NCBI GenBank assembly: GCA_013239625.1
Contig: MU054391.1
Coordinates: 7,721,095 to 7,785,094, forward strand
Source of the DNA: Lama guanicoe
Taxonomy: Eukaryota
Direction of reading: 5' to 3'
DNA length: 64,000 nucleotides
Below are positions 23,761 to 36,363 of the stretch, in pieces (within the stretch, counting starts at the first letter, position 1; every line of letters begins with the position of its first letter). The notes under the pieces are model-generated. The model saw nothing but the letters and a program-made list of their open reading frames with translations, searched no databases and was not told the DNA's origin. Made by a program: the position numbers and the translations under genes.

Positions 23761-23880
23761 GCGGGGAAGGTATACCTCAGTGGTAGAGAGCAGCTTAGCA
23801 TGCGTAAGGTCCTGGATTCATTCCCCAGTACTTTCATTAAAAAAAACAAAATTCAGAATTAAAAAAAGTTTTTAAAAAGG
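23761..23880 (+). mobile_element. tRNA-Ala-derived camelid-type SINE (vic-1-like)
   Basis: ggggaaggtatacctcagtggtagagagcagcttagcatgcgtaaggtcctggattcattccccagtac (A/B boxes), A-rich tail, flanking agaaaacatt repeats. Confidence 0.85.
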
Positions 23881-24689
23881 CTGAGCTGAAGAAAACATTC
23901 AATAAAATTTCTCACAGGGAAAGCATAATTCTCTATCCACTCTAACACAACAATTATTTTTACATCAAGGCAGCATTTGCTTCAATATTTCTTCAACCCT
24001 GGGCCCCCATTTCCTTCCCTGCTACACGTGAGGATGTGATTCACAACATTGTTCAACCCTCAACCCTGCACTTCTGCAGCCATGCCTCAGTTGCTCACTG
24101 GCTGACTCTGTGAAGCACACCTCTGTTCCAGAAAGTTCTACCTCTACCCCCTGGGCTGGGTGAGCAGAGCTAAAGTAGACCCCCTTCACCACCTTGCAGG
24201 AGAGAGAGAGCAGATAGCTGGGTGAGGGCTCAGCCCATTGCATTTCTCTTCTGTACATGTAGAAGGTAACTGGCCCAGTAAGTGTCTGCTTTTGAAATGT
24301 CAATTTTCTTAAAGTACCTTTTTTTTATTGAGAGCATTCTCCATGTGATCCTCTCAAAGTGGAAATGGATGAGTAGAAAGAATGGAAGTTAGATTTGTTA
24401 ATCACTTAATATCTGTTGACTTTTATGAAATAAATTATTTTAAGGTTGACTTCTCAGTGGAGAAGAGAAGAGTCTGGCTTAGATAATGTTGGAAATTACA
24501 GGGTGTTCAAAATATAGTGGCAGAATGCTGTTCCTCATCTCTGGGGTGCAGGGTTCTAAAAAGCAGCAATTCACAATTCATCAACAACTTGAAGCTCCCT
24601 GCTGAGACTAGCCCCATTTGAAACTCTTGAAAGAAGGGGAAATCTTTCCCTTATTGGTCCACCAGGATTGGAGACCCAGACTAGGGGCA

Positions 24690-25050
24690 GATGGAGGTGG
24701 CTTTGGCACCATCAGCAACAAGGCTTTGACCAATTTCCTCAGCCTCAGTTTTCCTCATCTGCTAATTAGGCATATAAACACAGGCCCTAATTTCTTCACC
24801 AAGATTTTAAAACATTTAAGAGATGAATGTCTATGAAAGCATCTGGTGAATTCTAAAATCCCTGTATGGTGAAGAATACAGAGGCCTCCACTGTGGAAGA
24901 CCTCTCATCAGCCAGGCTCTGTGATTGACACCTTAAATGTATTATTGCTCTTAATTTTTATCATGACCAGGAAGAGTTGTTTCTTACTGGAGAAGAGAAA
25001 CAGACTCATAGAGAAGGTGGACCAGGTATGTTACATGGTGAACACCCGCT
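24690..25050. mobile_element. Two MIR fragments (+ at ~24690-24870, - at ~24900-25050)
   Basis: cctcagttttcctcatctg on +; gccaggctctgtg...gaagagaaacagactcatagagaagg on -. Confidence 0.65.
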
Positions 25051-26269
25051 GGCTCCCCCATACGTAGGAGCAAGCCGGAAGAAGAGGACACGTGCTTGGC
25101 AGGAACCGCCCCTCCCCATGTGTGCTCATCTTGCCCTGCTCCTGTCGGTCCCGGCTCTCCTTATCTGAGGATTTCCCAGCTCTGTGTCTGAGTCTCTCGG
25201 CACCTTCCAGATACATAAAGTGATTCGGGCTGAGCTACGCCGCACTCCTGCTCAGGGCTATATTTTGGTACAACTAGACCCTGCCCCAGGAAGAAGATGG
25301 CAGAAGACGAATGTAAAGAAACTGGGAGAGCTGGGAGGCCATGGTGCTGTGATTCAAATGCAAGGCCACCCGACTGCAAAACAAGGATTTCACCTTATTC
25401 TCGGAAGCAGATGCGGACAGATCTTTTCCTCCAACAGACATCGCCCAATTCAAATCTGCTGGTGGCTGGCTATCAATAGCAGGTGATGAGTGATGCTTTT
25501 AGGTGACTTTATAAAACCGGAGCATGGGGCACTGATGGACTTACAGCAAGACATGCACTGTGAGCCAATCTTCGGTAATCTCTCAAAACAATAGTGATAA
25601 TAATAAGAAAATCCTTCAGAGCTTAAACCATCAAATGATTTTACCTTGGGCAACAGCTCAGTGGTCTCTGTCAGAGAATTTTTGCAAATCTCCATCCAAA
25701 TAATCAGCCAATTAGGAAGAAGGCTTCCCCAGCTGTGGATGTGAGGCTCCATGATAAACGCGTGGGGGATGCAGCAGCCCTGTTTCCTTCTGCTAAAGCT
25801 ATTCCCAAGCCCCGAGGCAGACAGTGAGCAGGTAACGGAAACTACCTCTGGTTCCAGGGGACAGCGGTGTCTGGAAAAGATCTCCCCGGGGGGTGCAAAG
25901 AGGGCGCCAGATCCAGGGACCTTGCCCACCAGCGGGAGCTAATTTGGGCTCCGAGACTAACAAATCAGTAAATTGGTGCATTTTGACACAGGGCTGAAAT
26001 GCACTGCCACACACTGCCTCATTTGTTGGCCACGTGCTTGTGGTCAGCTCCTGGGGAATTCTGAGAAGACCACGCTGCCTGTCAGTGGCTCTGGGACAGC
26101 TCAGACCGAACAGTTGTTCATACCAAATGGACCCACAGTTCAGTGAGGATCTTCACTTCGTAAATACCTTGTAATATTGCCAACAGAAAGGGTGGAGACA
26201 AAAAAATGTCCAGTTACCTGTGAAGGAAATGTGTTTAGTTGGAGTGATGTAATCTCCATCACATGCGTG

Positions 26270-26450
26270 ATGCTCCAGTGAAGGAGGCTGGGTTTTGGAG
26301 ACAGTCAGGTCTGAGTTCCAATGCTACCTGTGCTGGTCATATAAGGTCTCTGTGCTCAGTGTCCTCATCTGTAGGGGGGCAGCCAGAGCATTAACTCACT
26401 TGATGGTTGGGAGGGCTGAACAAGGTGAGGTACATGAACTATTGAGAGTC
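26270..26450 (+). mobile_element. MIR SINE
   Basis: ttttggagacagtcaggtctgagttccaat...tctctgtgctcagtgtcctcatctgta. Confidence 0.75.
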
Positions 26451-26549
26451 GGCGGACATATGATGCTGGTGCTGGCGGGGCATCATTCGGACACGTGTGT
26501 ACAGCATCCCTCTGGAACATCTTCTCTCCGCTTTTACTTTTGTATCGTA

Positions 26550-27200
26550 CTTTAGGCCTCATTGTCCCTCACCGGGCTGTTTCTACGTACCCCTACCTGG
26601 TCATCCTGCCCTAATTCTTCCCTTAACCAATCCAGTCCTCTCACTTCTGCAGGGGGGACCATTATAAACCACCGACGTGCTGCTCGCTCACCAGCTCACA
26701 GGCGAGAAGCCCATGCCCTCTGCCACTCTTTATAGAACCTTGTCAGTACATCTTGTAAGAGAATTCAAGGCAATATGACATCACCCTGTACTTCCAGCCT
26801 CACCTAATAAACACGCTGGACTACCTGCTGTGTTCTGTGCAGAGAAAACAAGTGAGCCTTGGAGGTCTGCTTGGAATCCTCCCCTCCACCCTAATTCCTG
26901 CTGCCTGTTAATATTCCACACGTGATTTATTCAACACGCATCCGCTGCATGGGTGCTGTGTGAAGGATGTCTCCGCTCGGAGGTGTCCGAGCCTCCTTTG
27001 CAGAGCTCTCCTTGGGTGTTCTCTCCCTGAGCGCTCACTGTTCTCGGGCCATTACGTGATTATAGCACATGTTGAACACTATTTGTGTCCAATGTGTTTT
27101 TGTCTGTCTCCCCTACTGGATCTGGAGTGTCTATCTTGGAATCACTGCCACCTGGCATAGCATCAGGCACATCGTAGATACTCAAACAATTTTTATTTCC
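26550..27200 (+). mobile_element. L2 LINE 3' region
   Basis: CT-rich L2 sense sequence ending tgtctgtctcccctactgga...cctggcatagcatcaggcacatcgtagatactcaaacaat. Confidence 0.75.
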
Positions 27201-27449
27201 TGGATCATTTTGAAACTATTCTTCTGTACTCTGAGGAATTAATAGTTTAGCTTCCATATTCATTACTTGTTCCTAGAGATAGCTATTTTTATGGTGCATT
27301 GATGATTATTCTGGGGTTTATTGGGGCTTGGGGGGAACATCAACTCAGAATGAGATTATAATCCTGTGTTTCAATAGCAGGAATAAGACTGGTCCTGAAG
27401 AAGATGGAAAGAATCCAAACTTCCTGCCCACACCTTCCTAAGGCAGTCA

Positions 27450-30400
27450 AAGACGGTAGCCACAGGATGTAGCATCCATATGGCCACATGAATGAAGGGC
27501 TTGGCCCCCAACTGTTGGTAGAGTGATCAGATAGGCTTTAACTGTCAGTTTTCCACGAACTGCCACAGCGTCAGGGAGCCACCTTGCCCAAGGTCACGGC
27601 CTTCTGAGCGTGACTCGTCTCCTATGACCGACTGAGGCCATGGCTGACGGTCCAGCCATGTCAGCCCAACGCAGGGCAACGCTGGCGAGCCGCTTCAGTT
27701 CCTGAGCTCTCCCTGCTGTCCACGGGGTTGGCCGAGGCCGTGCCCACGCGGCAGCTCGACTTTCCTTTTGTCTCGTCCTGCTTTGTGTGCTTCCGTTCCA
27801 TGGAGATCGATCACAAGGATATTCTAATAAACCCTCTGGACATCGAGCTTCGCTTTCGTGTCTGCATCCTGATGAAGCCAAACAGTTGATTGAATCAAGC
27901 AGAACTACAATGGGCTTTTCGAGCTGGATTGTTCACCACCCCGCTAGTTACTAGCAAGCGGTTCCTTGTGGCTGGTGGTGCACATACAGTCCTGGAACAA
28001 GGTGGTAACCACTTGTTAAAGCTTTTACTAGAGGTGCTTTGGGATGCCGTGCCAGTGGGATAGAATGCAGTAGCTGGTGTAATACATCAGGCATCTGAAA
28101 ATCGTGGGAAAAATAGAGATGATGGGGCAATGAGATTATATGCCTATTGCAAAACTCTATTTAAGATCGAGAGAAACATAAAACTAAGGCTGAGAGTAAT
28201 TAAGAGAACACGTGTGAAAGCCAGAGTCTCTTCAGCAGCATATAAAATGGCTGTCACCCCCCGGAACAGAAGGGCAAAGGAAGCGGAGGAGCAGCCTCAC
28301 ACCTTATCACGGTGGCTGAGCTACAAGGAAGAGCACACTCATCCCGACTTCTGTTGGTGCCTGGATAAAGAGCCTGATTGGAAAGAACGGGCCCCAGACA
28401 CATGGAATGAAGACGTGGGTTGATGCCCCTGAAAACCGTGAATTTCCAAATTTCCTCAAATCTCTGAGCCTGCTCAAGTGGCCTCCCCACTACCATTAAC
28501 ATACCTAGAGGTTTCTCCCCTGCAGGACAGCAGGTACCCCTCAGAATCTGTTCCCTTCTTCCCTCCTAGCCAGTAAGTCAATATTAGGTAAATTGCAGCA
28601 TAATCCGGCCAAGGATATGCTGTGCTTGGTAAGAAAGGAAAGGGACTACACACTAAAGTAGCTACAAGACCAGCAGGGGCCAGGGGAGCAGGTGTGGGAC
28701 TGGATTGTGAGGATGCTCGATCAAAGGGCTAGAGCATAAGCATGGATAAAGGAGAATGTAGGGAGTTGGGGCCATCCTTCCAAAGCACAGGATTTAACAC
28801 TTGGCAAAAACCCTTGGACATGATACAGACTGGTTCCTAGAAGCCTGGGAAAAGTAATACCCAGGGTCAGTGGGGACTGAATGCCAGAGTTTCTGTGTTT
28901 GATGGGACTCGAAGGCTCAGGAAGTGGGCATGCTGGAGGTGACAGTGTATGAAAAACCCACCTTATGGGTTATCCCAGAGGAAAGTTGGAATGTGCTGGT
29001 GAGAGGGGCACCAGCATCGCTACAAGCTCCTTGGTGGTTCTCCTTTGTGGGCAGGGTTGACAGTAGGAGAGGACATTATAGAACTAGAGTCACCGATGAC
29101 AGTGAGGACAATAAAATCCCTATGTAAGCCCGGTGGTGGCACTTAATTGTTGAAATACAGATAGACCTAATTATTGTAATAAGTGGCAAGATCATAGCAG
29201 CAGGCAAGAAGAGGATTGTAGAGCGAATCAATGCAGTATCCCTAGAGCCAAAATAGATGGAAAGCCAATTAGGGTAGTACTCAACTTGTTTTGTTCGAAA
29301 AAAATCAAGGATGAATGACCTGGAGGCTGAAAGCATTCCACTCCACTCAAAAGCTAAATTATGACCTCCTGTATAGCCCTGGACCTGAGCCAATTTTAGT
29401 GCTGGGAACCCATTAAATAGAAAGGACAGAGAGAAGGACTCTGCAATGCCATGGTGAGGTGCATTGGAGTCATGATAATGACTTGCCTAGTACATTCCCA
29501 AAGGGAGCAATAGATTGTTACTCTGATAACTTTATGCTGGAGGAATAGGAGAACCACCTTGACATTGATATCAGAGGCTCAAAAAGTCATCATGGCCCCA
29601 CTGTTGGAGTGGGGCCAAGTAAGCAGACCAAGTCCTGGCTGATGCTCAACCAACAGTGAGTCCTCAAAACTGACTCCTTTCCCCAGACATTTCTGCAGCT
29701 CCTCCTCTCACCAAGCCAAGATAGTACATCAAAAACGGCACCACACCCAGGCATTTGGCGAGCATTAGTTTCATTCACAAGTATCTAAATGATGCATAGG
29801 GAGTGGTGCCTGTCAAATCCCCACTTAAGTCATCAGTCTCCGGCAGAAACCAGATGACTCTTGGAGAAAGATAATGTTCTTCCATAAACTTCCTCAAATG
29901 TTAATCCCAGTTGCAATTTCAGTGCCTGTCTCAGACTGAGTATCACTTCTACTGCATATTAGCATGATTTCAGTACATGGTTTGTGGCCATTGACTGTGG
30001 CCATTCTTCTCCATCTCTATCAGAAAAGAGGATAAAAAACAGTCTGTATTACATTGAATGGGCAAAACTATAAATTCACGCTTGTGCCCCAGGGTGATAT
30101 TAATTCCTTCCCTCCCTCACCTTGTCAACAATACAGTTCAAAGAGATCCTGGACTATCTGATATCCCACAGAATATTACATTGACCTACAGCATCGATAA
30201 ATCCTACCTATCAGGTCAGAGGAGCGAAAAGTTACTACCTTGTGGAAGCCTTCATAAGACACACACACACAACTGAACGTGGGAGATGAACCCTACGAAG
30301 ATTCACATCAGTAGAATATCGAGGTGTCCGGTGTTCAGGGCCAAACCAGGATTCCATCTATATTAGTTTCCTATATTGGCTTCTGGAATGGATTACCATG

Positions 30401-32570
30401 AAAACAACAGAAACGTATTTTCTTACACACAGTTCTAGAGGCCAGAAATCCAAAGCTGAGGTGTTGACAGGGCCAAATGTGCTTCAGAGGCTCTAGGGGA
30501 GTTTTCATTCTTTGTTTGTTTTACTTCTGATGGCTCCAGGCATTCTTTGGGCTGTGGTCCTTCACTCCAGCCTCAGTCTCCTTGGTCACATTGCCTCCTG
30601 CTCTTGTGTCTGCCAGATCTTCCCTGCATCTCTTATAGGAACACTTTCCATTGGATGTAAGGCACAGCCTGATGACCCAGGATGCTCTCTTCATCTCTAG
30701 ATCCTTACCTTAATCAACCCATAAGGACCCTTTTCCCAAAAAGATAACATTCACAAGTTCTGGGAATTAAGAAGTGGACATATCTTTTGGGGAGCCGTCA
30801 TCAACTTACTCCACCACCCAAATTAAAAGACGAACTATTCCATATTTCGCATCCCATCACAAAAAGGGAGGCACAACACCCAACAGTCCTCCTCACATTC
30901 TGGAGACAGCATATGCTCCACCTGGGAATCCTGCTCTGTTCCATGAGTTGCTGCCAGCCTTGAGTGAGGTTCAGAACAGGAAAGAGCTCTGTCACAGGCA
31001 GGCTGGAGTTCAAGCAGCCATCCCACTTGGGCCATGTGATATTAAAGATATCAGTGCTGGAGAAAGATGCTGTGAAGAACCAAAGACAAGTCCAAGCAAA
31101 AGAATCACAGAGCAAACCTCTGAGATTCTGGAGCAAGAATCCCAGTGGACAAATGCCATGCACGTGCAGTGGAGAAATAAACACCTCTTGAAAATCATCT
31201 CCTGGCAGGCTACTCCCTGTGGCAAAGATGGAGCACCTACCCCTGGGACTTTTTACTCTGCATGCAGAACTGTCTTTAATGAGCTGAATTCTGTTGGAAC
31301 ATACCACGTCATAAAACTGTACATGTCCCAACTACAGTACATAGGCAGGACTGGAGGCACCCCAAGCTGCATGAGCAGGTAATCCCTTGTCATGACCCAT
31401 GCCATCCACCACTGAGGCTCCAGCGCCCCTCCATCATCGCACGCCATTGGTCATATGGAGAGAGCCCTTATGCCAGCTGATGCAGGAAGAAGAAAACAGA
31501 TCTTGCTTTGTAGATGAGTTGGCTGTGAATATGGACCCAAGTCAGGAACAGCCTCGTTTGGAGGCAGCTCTGAAAGACAGTCGTGAAGGGAAGTACCCCC
31601 AACAGGCACCGCTCTGGGGAGAGCAGCTACTCCTCTGTGTGCTGTGAAAAGAGAAGTGTCCTAAGGTTAGAATGCACAGATCCCTGGTCAGTCTGAAAAG
31701 ACAGATTTTGGATGGAGACGGAGAGGTGCGGGGTAGAGGTAGATGGATGGACATTGGGCGTGGGGATGAGGTATGAAGATCTTAGCATCACATGCTGATA
31801 CCCATCAGAGAGCATCCACTGCAGAAAAGGCACTAAAGAACCAAGGAGACACATGACTCAAGTCAGCCATTGTCAGAGACCAGCCCAATGTTGGCATAAG
31901 GACCCATGTCCAAAGCGGCCATGGTGGAGAGATAGACAGGGATAGATTGCCAGCACCTGGACCCAAGAGCAGAAGCTCCCCCTTGCCAAGGCTGAACTGT
32001 CTCGTGTGCTGTCCCTGAGTGTCCTTGTCAAAAATAGAGACCAGCCCTGGGTCTCTGATACATCACCATTTCTTCTGCAGATCAGCGGGTCGCTTGGTGG
32101 CCCATCCCACACTGAAAGTGCCACCATTTTATTCTGAGAGAAAAAGATAGCTATTTTAGGCATGCTTTATACTGTTGCACACAGGTTCTTGGGTAGCACC
32201 ACTGTCTGAAGGCTTTTGGGATGTTTGACCCACTGAGGTGGGATCCCATATAAAGCTGCACATATATATCCCATATAAAGAAACACAGTGGGCACACTTA
32301 TGAGCAATGCTCGTGAGGGAATGGGCCAGTGACCACAGAATTGATCATAAATATGACACCACCCAGAAGCTGCCGACCTGAAAGAGCATTGGAACAGCAA
32401 GAACACAGCTGGAGCACCTGCTCAGAGACCGGTGGAGGGTGGAATGTCATCTGCCAGGAAGCAGGAGACACACAGAGCCAGAGTCTCTGGATGATGCTGT
32501 GTTCCTAATAGGAAGAAAACTTGATTCCAGGAAGAATGCAGTAGAAACAGAAGTGGCACCTCCTTAAAAA
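27450..32570 (+). mobile_element. Decayed ERVL (class III) provirus: LTR33-like 5' LTR, gag, pol (RT, RNase H, integrase)
   Basis: LTR end aataaaccctc...gtgtctgcatcctgatgaagccaaac (~27885). gag motif PGEQVWDWIVRMLDQ (~28680). RT remnants QKPDDSWR, FFSISIRKEDKKQ, PQG and DIPQNITLTYSID (29800-30210). Thumb region KREAQ..FWRQH (~30870) and integrase EAADLKEHWN (~32370). Many stops and frameshifts. The 5' LTR start is approximate. Confidence 0.85.
30359..30813 (-). mobile_element. MLT1C-like MaLR solo LTR inserted in ERVL pol
   Basis: tattagtttcct...cacagttctagaggccagaaatcc...ggacatatcttttgggg. 5-bp TSD ccatc/ccacc (one mismatch). Confidence 0.85.
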
Positions 32571-34196
32571 TTCCAAAAGAATTATTTCCAGCCAGTATTC
32601 TCTGCCGTGGTTAGGTTAGGTATGGTTTATCCCTTACCCTCAATTATGCATGATTCTAAAATAGTTATTTTGAGATGTCTACAGACTCAAAAATTATCCC
32701 CCAAATACTCTTTTCTAGATAACTATTCAAGGAGATATTTTACCTAGAAAGGAGGAAGGCGTCATCAAAGGTTGGATTCATTAAAGTAAGAATTCAATAC
32801 AAGAGAGCCAAGGTGGGGAGGTCTCCAGGCTGATGGTGAGAAGAGGTCTCAGGCTGACAAGTTTCCAGTCTGAACAGAACCCTCTGGAAGAAACGTTTTC
32901 AAGTAGATGAAATCTTCATATTACTGACGTGCCCAACTGTACTACAGGGAGATTTTATTTCTGGGGAAGGTTTGGGGGTTGAATTAGCAATAATTAATAG
33001 AAAAGAGAGAAGACAATTTTAGGAAAAACAAGGCAGTACGAGGAAATTCATCGAAATGTAGTGTATCACTTAGTCGTGAATACCTCTCACAGTTACAATA
33101 AGGTAAACAAATGCTAAATTGTTATCCAGTTAAAATTATAATATAGGTGGGTGGAAAGGATGATGGGCGGGAAGTCTGCATGAATAGGGCAGAGAAGGGG
33201 AAATGCTCATCTTCAAGGGCCTGATTTTTACTAAAGTGTGATTGGCAGAAGATTATCACTCACATGTTGGAGCTTATCAGAAAAAAACCTCTGTTGTGTT
33301 TGCTTTAGAAATATATTTGAAAATTGGTCTCCTTTTATGTTCGTGTCACCTTTATGAACAATGATAAGGTAAACCTCCCTCTGGTCGTTTTGCCAAGAAA
33401 TGTTATATTTCCCTGGAGAAAAACATTTTTTTTTGTTGTTGTTTTCACATTTTCCCTAGGAACACAGGAATCTTACCCTAATCAGGTTTCATTCTTTGGC
33501 TTTGAATGCTAATCAATGCAGGGGTTACTCTGCATTTTGATCACGTGCACAGAACATAATGACAAGTCATCTTGCATACTCGCTCGCTGCTTGGTTCACT
33601 GTAGTTTCTAAGCTTCATTTTTCTTTTCTTCATCATGTCTTCATTGAAAAATTCTCCAAATGGTTATATGGCTTCAAATTACCTTAAATTATTTTGTTTT
33701 GGAAAGAAGCAAGGTTAAAGACAAATAAGTATACAAATAAATGTAACTTTGGGCACATTCATAAATTTTGGATGCTTTTTTTTTGGTGATCACTCTGCTT
33801 GTTTATGCTGTGCTGCCGGCGTGTCTTCCCACTGGAGCATAAATTTACAAACATCATGCAAATGCATTATTTGTAATAAAACTGACTAATGAGCATTAAA
33901 AGCCAATTATTTCTATACATCTGCTGGCTATGGCTGGCAATAATTGTGCATCATTCAAATTTGTGGCTGTGTGTTTGCCTTAGTATGATTTTAATCACTC
34001 GTTAATTTATGGATCACAGTATGCGTCATGGGCGCCAGCATCCCCCAACTGCCTCAGATTATAAATCAAAGAGCTAGAGAAGTTGGAATTATGACAACGC
34101 AGACCTCCTTTCTAAACTGTGTCTTCATGCCAGTGTCTGTTGGATAGTCAGTCACAGATGGGATCAGACTGCCCCCCACCCCAAACACATGGAGGG

Positions 34197-34895
34197 TAAG
34201 TCATTTTCGGTTTTTTAAGGAATCTCCATACTGTTTAAAAAACTGAAAATAGACTTACCTTCCACGTGTTTTATGGGAGAAGGGAGGTTTGTCTGAAAGT
34301 AGACTTACCCTATGATCCAGAAATCCCACTCTTGGGCATACATCTGGAGGAAACTCTAATTTGAAAAGGTACATGCACCTCAATGTTCATAGCAGCAGTA
34401 TTTACAATAGCCAAGACTTGAAAGCAACCTCAATGTCCATTGACAGATGACTCGATAAAGAAGTTGTGAGATATACCTCTCTATCTCTATGTATCTATCT
34501 ATGTATCTATCTCTCCACACGCACACACAATGAAATACTATTCAGCCATAAAAAAGAATAAAATAATGCCATTTGCAGCAACATGGATGGTCCTGGAGGT
34601 TATTATACAAAGTGAAGTAAACCAGAAAGAGGAAGAAAAATACCACATGATATCACTTATCTGTGGAATCTTAAAAAAAGAAAAGACACAAATGAACTTA
34701 TTTACAAAACAGAGACTGACTCACAGACATAGAAAACAAACTTGTGGTTACCCGGGTGGGGAAGGGAGTGGGGAGGGATAAATTGGGAGTTCAGGATTTG
34801 CAGATGCTAACTACCATATAGAAAACAGATAAACAACAAGGGGCTACTGTACAGCACAGGGAACTATATCCAATAACTTGTAATAGCCTATAATG

Positions 34896-34959
<64 letters not shown>

Positions 34960-34984
34960 ATATATGTATATGTATAAAAACAAA
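34197..34984 (+). mobile_element. Lineage-specific L1 3' end with rearranged 5' junction; internal (TATC)n and (TATATG)n tracts
   Basis: ORF2 C-terminus (KYYSAIKKNKIMPFAATW) and 3' UTR. TSD aaacacatggaggg (34183-34196) / aaacacattgagag (34985-34998). Confidence 0.9.
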
Positions 34985-36363
34985 AAACACATTGAGAGCA
35001 GTTGATCTTCTACTCTGCTGATGAATGACTTTAGCATTTTCTGCAGTAACATACTATGCATTTTTACATTAATTTTTTACTTGTCCGCTAAGGAATTCTT
35101 GCTAGCCTGAGCTCTGGAGGTAGGGTATGCAGTGGAAGGAGGCTGCTTTCACAGTTAGGGAGAAGTGGGCTACAATCTTGTTTGCAGTCCTTACTTGTTG
35201 CAAAATCTGAGGCAAGTCACTTGACGTTTCTGCACCCACAGATAGGAACACTTTCTTCTTAATAGCAAAGGTGCAATGTTACTAGAAGCGAGGATTTCGA
35301 TGAATAACGCACCAGCGTTTGAAGGAGCTGTTTCTAACGACAGGAGGAATGAACTTACTGGGGAAGGGATCAGTGAGTAGCTCCCACCTGGTCCTCAGAG
35401 CTTGAAAGCAGAGAGGCTGGATGATGCGGCCGCCTCCATGGCATCTCTTTCCCTCCTAGCCTCTCATCTACGTGGTGGCAAAAAGGCCTTCTTGGTCCAT
35501 GGGCACACGACCATCCTTGATTCCCTACTCCTGCTTCCTTCCTCCCACCTCACTTCCCTGAGCTCAGCAAGTCCGGATGCGGAAGAGCTGTCTGTCACAG
35601 AGCAGAGCATTGCCCACAGCAAGTCCACGAGGGGCAGCCATGAATTAGAAGCCCTGTGCTATGAGGAGTATATTTTCACATGCCCCACCTTATAGAAACA
35701 ACAAAAAATACAGATTCTTTCAAATACACAGAAGGTCGGATGGGAGGACAAAACATTTTTAATAGTCAGAGGACCATATTGAGGGGTTGGGGGAAAAATT
35801 CCAGCCTTGCAGTAAAGCTTCACAAGATAAAAGTTCTGCCAGATACTAGACATGAGGTTAGGGACGGTGCTTACAGCACAATTTAAGATGTGAGGGAAGT
35901 ATCAGGGCCACACCCAAGTGGACAATAAAAAAAGATGAAAGTAAATACGCACCCCAACGTGTTGGCAGACAGCGGACACATACAGTTCTCACCTCATACG
36001 GGAAAAGCTAAAAGACAGCCACGGAGAATAACCACATGGTCTGCATGAAGACATTCGGACTTATCAAAAGGTTAGGTATAGCTGTAAGGAGTCAGAGCAA
36101 AGGCACATTTATGAAAATAATTCAATACAAATGGCAGAGAAAATAATTAGACTGCATCTGCTTTGTGTTCTTAGCATGTAAGAAAAAATGAGAGCTATGA
36201 AGTGGGGTGGAGTTTGCATTGGTCCAGTGGCTGATTGGGTTTTAGAGGAGCTGGCAGATTTTGGGGGAAATGCAATGAAACCAAAACACAATACAGAAAA
36301 TTAAAATAGATAATGAGGGCAGTAAAAAGCTGAATCGGTACTTGCCGGCTTGATGATGTAGTA

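Noticed and set aside
23761..23835. tRNA-Ala-like sequence
   Set aside because: The stems are disrupted and it has an A tail with flanking repeats, so it is a SINE, not a tRNA gene.
30774..31382. 202-aa and 176-aa overlapping ORFs
   Set aside because: They lie in decayed ERVL pol and are mostly out of the pol frame or antisense.
34530..34781. 83-aa ORF MKYYSAIKKNKIMPFAATW
   Set aside because: It is the L1 ORF2 C-terminus of a 5'-truncated copy.
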